Notes under the pieces: model-generated | What the model was told of the DNA's origin: nothing | The model's database searches: none | The model's input: only the letters and a program-made list of their open reading frames with translations | Assembly: GCA_963815215.1 (NCBI GenBank) | Contig: CAWFFU010000004.1 | Coordinates: 32,001-96,000 of the forward strand | DNA from: an uncultured Trueperaceae bacterium | Lineage (GTDB): Bacteria > Deinococcota > Deinococci > Deinococcales > Trueperaceae | DNA: 64,000 nucleotides | Direction: 5' to 3' | Part shown: positions 10,700 to 19,122 of the stretch, one piece after another | Layout: each line of letters starts with the position of its first letter | Position numbering within the stretch: position 1 is the first letter of the stretch | Position numbers and translations under genes: made by a program

Positions 10700-10745
10700 C
10701 GATAACGCTCCGATAACGCTCCAATAACGGTCGCCTCGCTAGGCT
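10700..10745 (+). promoter_or_regulatory. Three 11-bp-phased direct repeats (core ATAACG) upstream of -10 TAGGCT; putative activator site
   Basis: cgataacgctc (10700), cgataacgctc (10711), caataacggtc (10722); TAGGCT 10740-10745; RBS AAAGGAG before ATG 10775. Confidence 0.65.
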
Positions 10746-10774
10746 CCGTTCGTCCTCGGACGAAAGGAGCGACC

Positions 10775-12562
10775 ATGAAGATGAGGTTGGCGATTCTCTC
10801 CGCGCTCTCCGCGGTATTGCTCGTCGCGCTGAGCGCGTGCCAGACGGCGAGCCTGGGCGGTGGCGGCGGTGGTGGTGGCACGCCTCCCCCCGGGTCTGCC
10901 AGCTGCGCGGCGCCGGCGGCCCTTCCGACCACGATCTCCTCTCCCATGACGTTGACCGCGGGGTGCTACGAGCCGACCGGCAGCGTCTCGGTCGATGCGG
11001 CACTGACCATCGACGCCGGCGTCACCATCCTGATGCCGGCGGGCTCGTACTTCGACATCGGCTACCCCAGCACTCCGGGTACGTTGAACGCCCAGGGCAC
11101 CGCCGCCAGCCCGATCGTGTTCGAAGGCAACGTCAACAACGCTCCGGCGGGGTACTGGGTCGGCATCGAGATCTACTCCAAGTCCTACACGAGCACGCCC
11201 AACGCCCTGAACGATGTGACCGTACGGGACGGTGGCAGCTACTCGCAGGACTCCGGCGATGTCAGCCTGTACGGCGGTAGCGCCACCATCACCAACAGCA
11301 CCTTCCAGAACAGCAGCGCCTTCGGGATCTTCGCCGACGGCGCTTCGACGTTGCCCGGGTTCAGCGCCAACAAGATCAACGGCAACGCGCTGGGCGCGAT
11401 GGAGATCCCGGCGCAGGATATGTCGGATCTTGACGTGGCCACCTCCTACCTCGGGAACACGAGGGACATCGTGGCCGTGAGCGGCATCGTGGATCACGGG
11501 GCGACCACGACGGTGCACTGGCCCGGCATCGACGTGCCGTTCTACGCCACGGACTCGATCTCGCTCAACAGCCCCGTGGTCGTCGACGCCGGCTTCGTCA
11601 TGCAGGCGGACGCCGGGCAGGGGATCTACCTCGACGTCGGCTACACCGGCACGCCCGGGTCGTTGAACGCTCAGGGGACGGCCTCGAAGCCCGTGGTGTT
11701 CGAAGGCTCCAGCGGCTCGCCGGGCGACTGGGTCGGTATCGAGGTCTACACCAAGTCGACCACCGCCTCCCCGAACGTCTTGAACTACACCACCGTGGCG
11801 GACGGCGGCAGCTACTCGGTGGACTCCGGCAACGTCAGCCTGTACGGCGGGAGCGTCACCATCACCAACAGCACCTTCCAGCACAGCAGCGCTTTCGGGA
11901 TCTCCGCCGACGGCGCTTCGACGTTGCCCGGGTTCAGCGCCAACACGATCAACGGCAACGCGCTGGGCGCGATGGAGATCCCGGCGCAGGACATGTCGGA
12001 TCTGGACGTGGCCACCGCCTACAACGGCAACACCATCGACGTCGTCGACGTGGCCGGGACCGTGAATCACGGGTCGACCACGACGGTGCACTGGCCCGGC
12101 ATCGACGTGCCGTTCCATGCCACGGACGCGATCTCGCTCGACAGCCCCGTGGTCGTGGACGCCGGCTTCGTCATGCAGATGGACGCAGGTACCTACGTCG
12201 ACGTCGGCTACAACGGCACGGCGGGCAGGCTGAACGCCCAGGGCACGTCGACGGATCCCGTCGTGTTCCAAGGCTACGGAACCAGCCCCGGCCCCGGGTA
12301 CTGGGACGCCATCAACTTCTACACGCCATCGACCGGCGCGACTCCGAACATGTTGAATCACACCTTCGTCATGGACGGCGGAAGCAGTACCGGCGACGTC
12401 GTCGTCATGAACTCGGCCGGCGCCACCGTGACCAACAGCCAGATCGGCGACAGCAGTAGTGCCGGCATCTGCGTCGATCCCAGCCGTCAGAGCTTCTCGC
12501 AGTCGGGGAACACCTTCGTCTCGCCCTACTCGGTCCAGGTCGACACGAGCGGGAGCTGCTGA
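10775..12562 (+). CDS. Lipoprotein with 191-aa internal repeats, probable right-handed parallel beta-helix
   Basis: Signal peptide with lipobox LSAC and a Gly/Pro linker; motif GxLNAQGTxxxPxVFxG...W occurs three times; 573-bp DNA period. Confidence 0.8.
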   Translation: MKMRLAILSALSAVLLVALSACQTASLGGGGGGGGTPPPGSASCAAPAALPTTISSPMTLTAGCYEPTGSVSVDAALTIDAGVTILMPAGSYFDIGYPSTPGTLNAQGTAASPIVFEGNVNNAPAGYWVGIEIYSKSYTSTPNALNDVTVRDGGSYSQDSGDVSLYGGSATITNSTFQNSSAFGIFADGASTLPGFSANKINGNALGAMEIPAQDMSDLDVATSYLGNTRDIVAVSGIVDHGATTTVHWPGIDVPFYATDSISLNSPVVVDAGFVMQADAGQGIYLDVGYTGTPGSLNAQGTASKPVVFEGSSGSPGDWVGIEVYTKSTTASPNVLNYTTVADGGSYSVDSGNVSLYGGSVTITNSTFQHSSAFGISADGASTLPGFSANTINGNALGAMEIPAQDMSDLDVATAYNGNTIDVVDVAGTVNHGSTTTVHWPGIDVPFHATDAISLDSPVVVDAGFVMQMDAGTYVDVGYNGTAGRLNAQGTSTDPVVFQGYGTSPGPGYWDAINFYTPSTGATPNMLNHTFVMDGGSSTGDVVVMNSAGATVTNSQIGDSSSAGICVDPSRQSFSQSGNTFVSPYSVQVDTSGSC

Positions 12563-12574
12563 ACGGTACGAGGT

Positions 12575-12607
12575 GGGTGGGTGCCGCATGCGCTGCGGCA
12601 CCCACCC
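12575..12607 (+). terminator. Perfect 14-bp stem-loop after the lipoprotein stop (no U tract; terminator or mRNA stabiliser)
   Basis: gggtgggtgccgca-tgcgc-tgcggcacccaccc. Confidence 0.6.
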
Positions 12608-12716
12608 CATGCGGGGCGCGAGATGCCGGGCCTCCGCGAGCGCGCGCGCCCGGCGGGCACCGACGCGTCTTCGTTCCCAACGTTCCGGGCCGCCCGCCGA
12701 GAGGAGGGCAGGACTT

Positions 12717-12899
12717 GTGGACAACACCATCCACCGCGCCTTCCTCCTGCGCATCTGGACGGAGCCGGAGCACAACGGCGAGACGCTGTTCCGCGCTGCC
12801 CTGGTCGACGTCGCTACCCGGGAGACCCGCTACTTCTCGGACGCCGTGGCGCTGGCCGATCACCTGCGGTCGCTAGGGGAGGCGCCGGAACAGGGCTGA
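12717..12899 (+). CDS. Small hypothetical protein (60 aa), 'FLLRIW...FRAALVD...RYF' type
   Basis: GAGGAGG RBS then GTG 12717; MDNTIHRAFLLRIWTEPEHNGETLFRAALVDVATRETRYFSDAVALADHLRSLGEAPEQG has protein-like composition, unlike shadow ORFs. Confidence 0.7.
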   Translation: MDNTIHRAFLLRIWTEPEHNGETLFRAALVDVATRETRYFSDAVALADHLRSLGEAPEQG

Positions 12900-12923
12900 C
12901 GTCGAGCGCGTGCGGCCCGGCCG

Positions 12924-13595
12924 TCAGGGAGCCGAGCGCGTCCGCGCCCCGAAGCGGCGCAGGAAGAACTGCATCAGCGGGCCGATGCCCAAGGCGTAGA
13001 GCACGGTGCCGAGCCCCACCTGCCCGCCCATCAGCCAGCCGCTCGCGAGCACCAGCAGCTCGAGCCCGGTGCGGGTCATGCGCACGCTGGAGGAGAGCAG
13101 CCGGGCGAGCCCCAGCACCAGCCCGTCGCGCGGCCCCGCGCCGAGCCGGGCGGAGATGTACAGCCCGGTGCCCATCCCCTGCAACACCAGGCCGGCCAGG
13201 AACACGGCGCTCCCCAGCAGGTAACTCGGGGCGAGCTGTGCGAGAGGCAAGGACTGGAACAGGTCGACCCAGGGGCCGACCAGGACCATGTTGAGGGCGG
13301 TGCCGAGGCCCGGACGGGTGCCGGTGAGCAGCCAGCTCAGCGCCACCACCACCAGGCCCACGCCCTGGATCACGCGGCCGATGCTCAAGCCGGTGACGAA
13401 GCTCAGGCCCTGGTGGAAGACCGTCCACGGGCCCAGCCCGATGCCGGCGTCCAGCATCAGGGCGATCCCCAGCCCCACCAGCAGCAGGCCTGCGTTGAGC
13501 TGGAGCAGGCGTCGCCAGAAGTCCCAGCTGGTGAGGGCCTCGTGCGCGGCCGCGCGGGCGGCGCTGGAGGCGGCCCGGAAGCCACTGCCGGCCAT
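12924..13595 (-). CDS. YczE/YitT-family membrane protein
   Basis: GIGLGPWTVFHQGL, GLGT, LGAGPRDGL, GGQVGLGT; leaderless TAGAGT + 7 nt + ATG 13595. Confidence 0.85.
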   Translation of the reverse strand: MAGSGFRAASSAARAAAHEALTSWDFWRRLLQLNAGLLLVGLGIALMLDAGIGLGPWTVFHQGLSFVTGLSIGRVIQGVGLVVVALSWLLTGTRPGLGTALNMVLVGPWVDLFQSLPLAQLAPSYLLGSAVFLAGLVLQGMGTGLYISARLGAGPRDGLVLGLARLLSSSVRMTRTGLELLVLASGWLMGGQVGLGTVLYALGIGPLMQFFLRRFGARTRSAP

Positions 13596-13645
13596 GACCG
13601 CGACTCTACCGCGCCCGCCCGCAGCGCGCTGGAAGCGAGCGTCCC

Positions 13646-13711
13646 GGTCGCTGGCAGGTCGCTGGCAGGTCGCGGGCCGGTCACGGGCCGGTCGCGGCAC
13701 GGTGGCTACGT
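13646..13711. repeat. Degenerate 11-bp tandem array x6
   Basis: ggtcgctggca, ggtcgctggca, ggtcgcgggcc, ggtcacgggcc, ggtcgcggcac, ggtggctacgt. Confidence 0.75.
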
Positions 13712-13776
13712 ACCGTCGCTCGGTGCCGGAGGCCGATTCGGCTCATGGGCTGATTCGGCTCAGGGGCCGACCGCCG

Positions 13777-15225
13777 TCAGCGCGTGCTCACCCACACCGA
13801 CTTCACCTCGGTGTACAGCTCGATCGCCTCCTCGCCCATCTCCCGTCCGAACCCCGACTCCTTGATGCCGCCGAAGGGCGAGGCGGCGTCGAAGACGTTG
13901 TAGGTGTTGATCCACAGCGTGCCGGTGCGCACCTCGGCCGCCACCCGGTGGGCGCGCGCCAGGTCGCGCGTGAAGATGCCGCCCGCCAGCCCGTAGCGCG
14001 AGTCGTTGGCGAGGTCGATGGCCTCCTCCTCGGTGTCGAAGGGGATGATGACGCCGACCGGCCCGAAGATCTCCTCCTGCACGATGGCCTGCCGAGTGTT
14101 CTCGGTAACGAACAGGGTGGGCTCGAGGAAGAAGCCGGGGTGGTGGGGCGCTCCGCCGGCGACCAGCGTGCTGCCGGCGGCTTCGCCCTGCCCGATGTAG
14201 CCGAGCACACGGGTGCGCTGCTCCTCGCTGATGAGCGGCCCCATGGTGGTGGCCTCATCGAGCCCAGGCCCCAGGCGAGCCGCGCGCGCTTGCGCGGCCA
14301 GCTTCTCCACCACCGTGTCGAACACGCCGCGCTGTATGAGCATGCGGCTACCGGCGGTGCAGAGCTGCCCCTGGTTGTAGAAGATGCCCAGACCCAGGCC
14401 GAACAGCGCGGTCTTCAGGTCGGCGTCGTCGAACACGATGTTGGCCGACTTGCCGCCGAGCTCCAGGGACACGCGCGCCAGGCGGGTGGCGGCCTCGGCC
14501 ATGATCTGCTTGCCCACGGCCGTGGAGCCGGTGAAGCTGATCTTGTCCACGTCCGGGTGCGCGACGAGCGCCTCGCCGGTGCGGCCGTCGCCTGTGACGA
14601 CGTTGACAACGCCCTTGGGGAAGCCGATCTCGTCGAGGATCTCGGCGAAGCGCAGTGCCGTCAACGGTGTCTGCTCGGCGGGTTTGAGCACCACCGTGCA
14701 GCCGGCGGCGAGGGCCGGCGCGAGCTTCCAGGAGGCGATGAGCAGGGGGAAGTTCCAGGGCACGATGGCGGCGACCACGCCCACCGGATCGCGAAGGGTG
14801 TAGTTGAGCACGCGGCGTGCCGACACCGGCACGGTGCGGCCGCCGATGGTGGGCGCCAGCCCGCCGAAATAGCGGAAGTGGTTGGCCGCCAGCGGGATGT
14901 CGCCGCGGCGCGACTCCTTCAGCGGCTTGCCGTTGTCGAGCGTCTCGATCTCGGCCAGCTCGTCGGCGTGCTCCTCGATGGCGTCGGCGATGCGGGTCAG
15001 CCAGCGGGAACGTTCCAGCGGCGCGAGCCGGCGCCAGGCGTCGAAGGCTCCGCGGGCCGCCCGCACGGCGGCATCGACCTCGGCGTGGCCCGAGAAGGGC
15101 ACGCTGGCCAGCAAGGCGCCGTTGGCGGGATCGACGGTGGGGAACGTCTCGTTGGCGTCAACGAAGGCGCCGCCGATGTAGAGCAGCTTGTCCCGTTGCA
15201 GGAAGGCTTCGGTGGTAGGGAGCAT
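13777..15225 (-). CDS. Aldehyde dehydrogenase family protein
   Basis: IVPWNFP, LKPAEQTP, FTGSTAVG, LELGGKS, NQGQLC (catalytic Cys), EEIFGPV, PFGGIKESG. Confidence 0.93.
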   Translation of the reverse strand: MLPTTEAFLQRDKLLYIGGAFVDANETFPTVDPANGALLASVPFSGHAEVDAAVRAARGAFDAWRRLAPLERSRWLTRIADAIEEHADELAEIETLDNGKPLKESRRGDIPLAANHFRYFGGLAPTIGGRTVPVSARRVLNYTLRDPVGVVAAIVPWNFPLLIASWKLAPALAAGCTVVLKPAEQTPLTALRFAEILDEIGFPKGVVNVVTGDGRTGEALVAHPDVDKISFTGSTAVGKQIMAEAATRLARVSLELGGKSANIVFDDADLKTALFGLGLGIFYNQGQLCTAGSRMLIQRGVFDTVVEKLAAQARAARLGPGLDEATTMGPLISEEQRTRVLGYIGQGEAAGSTLVAGGAPHHPGFFLEPTLFVTENTRQAIVQEEIFGPVGVIIPFDTEEEAIDLANDSRYGLAGGIFTRDLARAHRVAAEVRTGTLWINTYNVFDAASPFGGIKESGFGREMGEEAIELYTEVKSVWVSTR

Positions 15226-15277
15226 CGTCACCTCGTACTCTCTGGGTTCCGCCGCGCGCGGCGTGTGCCCCGGCGGC

Positions 15278-16015
15278 TCACGGGACGGGATCGGGCGGCG
15301 CGTCGAGCGCCTCGGCGAGCGTCTCGGCGAGCAACTCGAGCATGGGCGTGGGGTCACGCAGGTCGGGCGCCACGCGGTCGGCGCCGGCGTCGGCGAGCGC
15401 TTCGGTGCTCCAGCGGCCGGTCGCGACGCCCAACACCCGCACGCCGTGGGCCCGGCCCGCCGCGACGTCGCGCGGTGTGTCCCCGACCAGCAGCAGCCGC
15501 AACGCGCCGCCTCCGGCGCGCTCCCGGAAACGCTCACGGGCCAGCACTACCAGGTCGGCACGCTCGGGAGCCTCGTCGCCACACGCGCGCACCGCGAACG
15601 GATCGGGCTCGCCGGGGCGCACCAGGCCGGTGGCCTCCAGCTTGAGGGCGGCGACCTCACGGTAGTTGCCCGTCAGCACCCCCAGCGCCACGTCGTCGCG
15701 GCCGCCGAGTCGCTCGAGCAGCCTCCGTGCGCCGGGGAGCGCCCGCAGGCTGTGCACCTCGCGGCGCATGGCGGCGAGGTAGCGCAGGTGGAACTCCGCG
15801 GCGCGGTCCCGCAGGTCGAGGTGGGGCTGGCGGTCCGCCAGCTCGGCGAAGATGGCGGGGTCCAGTTTGCCGGACGGGTCGAGGCCGTCGACCGAGAAGG
15901 CGTTGCCGTAGAGGCTCGTGCCGGCGGACTCCAGGGCACGACGCCCGGCCCCGCCGGCGGTCACCAGCGTGCCGTCGATGTCGAACAGCACCAGTACGGT
16001 CGTGGCGGTGCCCAC
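15278..16015 (-). CDS. HAD-family hydrolase
   Basis: LFDIDGTL, LTGN, VGDTPRD motifs. Confidence 0.88.
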   Translation of the reverse strand: MGTATTVLVLFDIDGTLVTAGGAGRRALESAGTSLYGNAFSVDGLDPSGKLDPAIFAELADRQPHLDLRDRAAEFHLRYLAAMRREVHSLRALPGARRLLERLGGRDDVALGVLTGNYREVAALKLEATGLVRPGEPDPFAVRACGDEAPERADLVVLARERFRERAGGGALRLLLVGDTPRDVAAGRAHGVRVLGVATGRWSTEALADAGADRVAPDLRDPTPMLELLAETLAEALDAPPDPVP

Positions 16016-16021
16016 CCGCGA

Positions 16022-16501
16022 TCAGCGCCCCGGCCGCCGCGGCTCGCGCTCGTCCGGGAAGGCCCGCCCGTCCGCCAGGGCTGCCTGCCAGCGTTCGCGC
16101 AGACCGTCGAAGCTGCGCTCCAACGTCGCGCGCGACAACACCACCTGGGTGGTCGAGCCCTCGCCGACGGTGTCGCCGAGCTCGTTGACCGCGCGTACCT
16201 CGGCGTGGACGCGGTTCCCTTCCCGGTGCGTGAAGCGCGCCGAGAGGCGCACCTTCATGCCGGGGAGCGCCGGCGCCAGGTGGCGGAGGCTCACCTCGTG
16301 ACCGATGCCCTCCTCGCCCGCCTCCAGGAAGGGGAGGAGGATCATGCGGCTCACCAGCTCGGCGTGTTTCGTCAGCCAGTAGGTGGCGTAGACGGGGTGG
16401 AGCCGGCCGAGGCGCGGATCGTCCTGCTCGAAGTCGACGGTCATGGCTTCGGTCACGGTGATCTCGAAGGTGGACCGGTAGTCGTCTGGGATGGGTCTCA
16501 T
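16022..16501 (-). CDS. Hot-dog fold thioesterase (FlK/fluoroacetyl-CoA thioesterase-like)
   Basis: HPVYATYWLTKHAE and SLRHLAPALPG carry the Thr/Glu/His triad pattern. Confidence 0.8.
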   Translation of the reverse strand: MRPIPDDYRSTFEITVTEAMTVDFEQDDPRLGRLHPVYATYWLTKHAELVSRMILLPFLEAGEEGIGHEVSLRHLAPALPGMKVRLSARFTHREGNRVHAEVRAVNELGDTVGEGSTTQVVLSRATLERSFDGLRERWQAALADGRAFPDEREPRRPGR

Positions 16502-16782
16502 CGTGTCACGGGCTCCGCTCGTCGACGACCTGGAGGCGGCAGCCGACCCGGAGCGAACGCCGGGCGTCGCCGCGCCCCATCGCCGCCCGGCGCCGGCGCC
16601 ACCGCGCGGGCCGGGGCGGCGGGCCGCCCCCCGCCCCGGGCGCCGGATCGCGTTGGTAGCGCGTCGCTCACGGGTGCCTCCACGGGAATGCGAATGGACG
16701 TTCGGGCACACTATAGCCCAGCTCCGTCCGCGTGCGTCTCTGGCGCGCGGCGCCGGCCGCTGGGGCGTGTGCCTCCCGACAC

Positions 16783-16811
16783 TTGACCCCCCGCAGGGCG
16801 CTGCCTACACT
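16783..16811 (+). promoter_or_regulatory. Sigma70-like promoter TTGACC-N17-TACACT for the flavin reductase
   Basis: -35 at 16783-16788, -10 at 16806-16811, exact 17-bp spacer. Confidence 0.7.
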
Positions 16812-16884
16812 CGGGAAACATGCGACCTGCATCGTCCCGGCTCGCCCGTTCCGGATGCTCGTCTGTGGGTGAGGAGAGGACGCC

Positions 16885-17364
16885 ATGATCGACCCCCGAG
16901 AGTTCCGACGCACGTTGGGCCGTTTCGCCACCGGCATCACGGTGGTCAGCATGCGCTCAGGCGGGCGAACGTATGGGATCACCGTGAACGCCTTCATGTC
17001 GGTATCGCTGACGCCACCCTTGATCGCCGTGTGCATCGACAAGCAGGCGCGAGCCCACGCCACCCTCGAGGCGAGCGAACGCTTCGGGGTCAGCATCCTG
17101 CGCGCGGAGCAGGAGGGGCTGTCGGACCACTTCGCGGGCCGTCCCGGCCCCGCCGTGGCCGATCCGTTCGAGCAGCTCGACGGCTTCCCGGTCGTGCGCA
17201 ACGCGCTCGGGCAGCTGGTGTGCCGTACCCACGATATCGCCGACGCGGGCGACCACAGTTTCTTCCTGGGCGAGGTCGAGGCGCTGAAGGCGTCCTCGGG
17301 ACGCCCGCTGCTGTACTTCGAGAGCCACTACGCGCGCATGAACGACATGGAGCTGAGCGAGTAG
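16885..17364 (+). CDS. Flavin reductase (HpaC/RutF-like)
   Basis: FRRTLGRFATGITVV, TVNAFMSVSLTPP, AGDH, PLLYF. Confidence 0.9.
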   Translation: MIDPREFRRTLGRFATGITVVSMRSGGRTYGITVNAFMSVSLTPPLIAVCIDKQARAHATLEASERFGVSILRAEQEGLSDHFAGRPGPAVADPFEQLDGFPVVRNALGQLVCRTHDIADAGDHSFFLGEVEALKASSGRPLLYFESHYARMNDMELSE

Positions 17365-17493
17365 CGTAGGCGTCGCGTCCGCCGCGCGGCGGACGTTACG
17401 GAGAACGCCTGGCGCGGGGCCGTAGACTGGGGTCGAGCCCCTCGTGGCCGGGGCGACGCCGCGGCCACGGTACGGGCGACCTTGGGAGGTGCC

Positions 17494-19122
17494 GTGGTCC
17501 AAGCCTCGGCGCCGCGTCGGCGCGCTCGTCGGCGACGGTGGTTCTGGATATCGATCGCCCTGCTGGCGCTGGCGGCGGTGGCTGCGTTGGTGCTGGTGCG
17601 TCCCGGTGGTCCGACGCCGCAGCGGGTGTACCTGGAGGACGTCAAGCGCGAGGCGTTCTTGCGCGAGGTCAGCGGCACGGGTGTGATCGACCCGGCGCGG
17701 AGCAGGGTGCTGGTGTTCCCGGGCAGCGGCACCGTCGCCGCAGTGATGGTGGTCGAAGGTCAGCGGGTGGAAGCCGGCACCGCGCTGGCGCGCCTCGACA
17801 CGCGCGCGCTCGAGCGGGACCTCGCCAGCAGCCGGGCCAACCTCGCTTCGGCCCGCGCGGACCTGGAGCGCGTCCGGGCGCAGCAGACCATCGATCGACT
17901 AGATGCCCAGGCGGCCGTGACGGTCGCCGAGAATCAGCTGGCCACGACGCGCCAGACGCTGGTCGACGCGCGCACCCGGCTCGCCTCCAGCGAGCGGTTG
18001 TTCGCGGCGGGCGGGGCCTCGCTGACCGAGCGCGACGGCGCGCGCAGCGCGCTCGATCAGGCCGTGCGGCAGGAGAACCAGGCAGCCCAGGCGCTCGAGA
18101 CCGCGCAGGTCCGGCTGAAGGGATACGACGCGCTGGCGCAGGCGCAGCGCACGAGTGGCGAGGCCACCGTCCAGCGCCTCGAGACCGCCCTCGCCAACGG
18201 CGAGCAGCAGCTCGCCGATGCCACCCTGCGGGCGCCCTTCGCGGGAGTGGTGTCCTCGCTGCCCTTCAAAGTGGGCGACCCCGTCGGCGTCGCCGCGCAG
18301 CAGGGCATCTCGCTCGTCGATGACAGCAGCGTCACCGTGCTCGCCGACTTCGATGAGAACCGGGCGGTCGACCTGGCGGTGGGCCAATCGGTCACCGTCA
18401 CCCCGGACGCAGCGCCCGACCTCGAGCTGCCGGCCGTCGTCACGCGGGTCGATCCGGTGGCGGCGCGCGGCGGCGCCGGCGCGCAACTGCGTGCCGAGAT
18501 CGCGTTCGCGCCCGCTGAGGGAGCGCCGATCCCGCGCGCGGCAGTGCGCCCCGGCTACACCGTGACCGCGCGCGTGGTGGTCCACCGCATCCCCGAGGCG
18601 CTGGTGATCCCGCTCGAAGCCATCGACAGCGCGGACGGCGCCAGCTTCGTGTTCCGGGTCCGCGCCACCGGCGAGCAGCGGGGGCAGACGCGCGGCGTGG
18701 CGCAGCGCGTGCCGGTCGAGGTGCTGGATCGCAACGCCACGCTGGCGGCGGTGTCCTCCGACGCGCTGAGCGCCGGCGACCGCGTCGCGGCCACCAACAT
18801 CGACAAGCTCGCCGACGGCGACCCGGTCAGCTTCGAGGCCGGGGGGGCGGGGGATGACGCAGCCTCTCGCCGGCGCCCCCGCCCAGGCGCGCGGGCCGGT
18901 CATCGAGGCGCGGGACTTGCACAAGGTCTACACCATGGATGGCGGACTCGAGGTCCGCGCGCTGCGCGGTCTCGACCTGGCGGTCGAGCGGGGCGAGTTC
19001 ATCGCCATCATGGGCCCTTCGGGCAGCGGCAAGTCGACGCTGCTGCAGATCCTGGGCTGCCTCGACGCGCCCACCTCCGGCAGCTACAGACTGGCGGGCG
19101 TGGAGGTGGCGCGCATGAGTGA
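17494..19122 (+). CDS. Efflux periplasmic adaptor (MacA/HlyD-like); the true end is probably about 18857 (see findings)
   Basis: N-terminal TM helix, lipoyl-like GTVAAVMVVEGQRVEAG and LRAPFAGVV, coiled coil; the frame runs 269 nt into the next gene. Confidence 0.8.
   Translation: MVQASAPRRRARRRRWFWISIALLALAAVAALVLVRPGGPTPQRVYLEDVKREAFLREVSGTGVIDPARSRVLVFPGSGTVAAVMVVEGQRVEAGTALARLDTRALERDLASSRANLASARADLERVRAQQTIDRLDAQAAVTVAENQLATTRQTLVDARTRLASSERLFAAGGASLTERDGARSALDQAVRQENQAAQALETAQVRLKGYDALAQAQRTSGEATVQRLETALANGEQQLADATLRAPFAGVVSSLPFKVGDPVGVAAQQGISLVDDSSVTVLADFDENRAVDLAVGQSVTVTPDAAPDLELPAVVTRVDPVAARGGAGAQLRAEIAFAPAEGAPIPRAAVRPGYTVTARVVVHRIPEALVIPLEAIDSADGASFVFRVRATGEQRGQTRGVAQRVPVEVLDRNATLAAVSSDALSAGDRVAATNIDKLADGDPVSFEAGGAGDDAASRRRPRPGARAGHRGAGLAQGLHHGWRTRGPRAARSRPGGRAGRVHRHHGPFGQRQVDAAADPGLPRRAHLRQLQTGGRGGGAHE

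Noticed and set aside
9657..13711. Short repeat arrays as possible CRISPR or mini-CRISPR
   Set aside because: Units are 11-14 bp and contiguous with no unique spacers; no cas genes in the window.
16812..16884. Possible FMN riboswitch before the flavin reductase
   Set aside because: Leader is only about 70 nt and lacks the conserved RFN sequence blocks.
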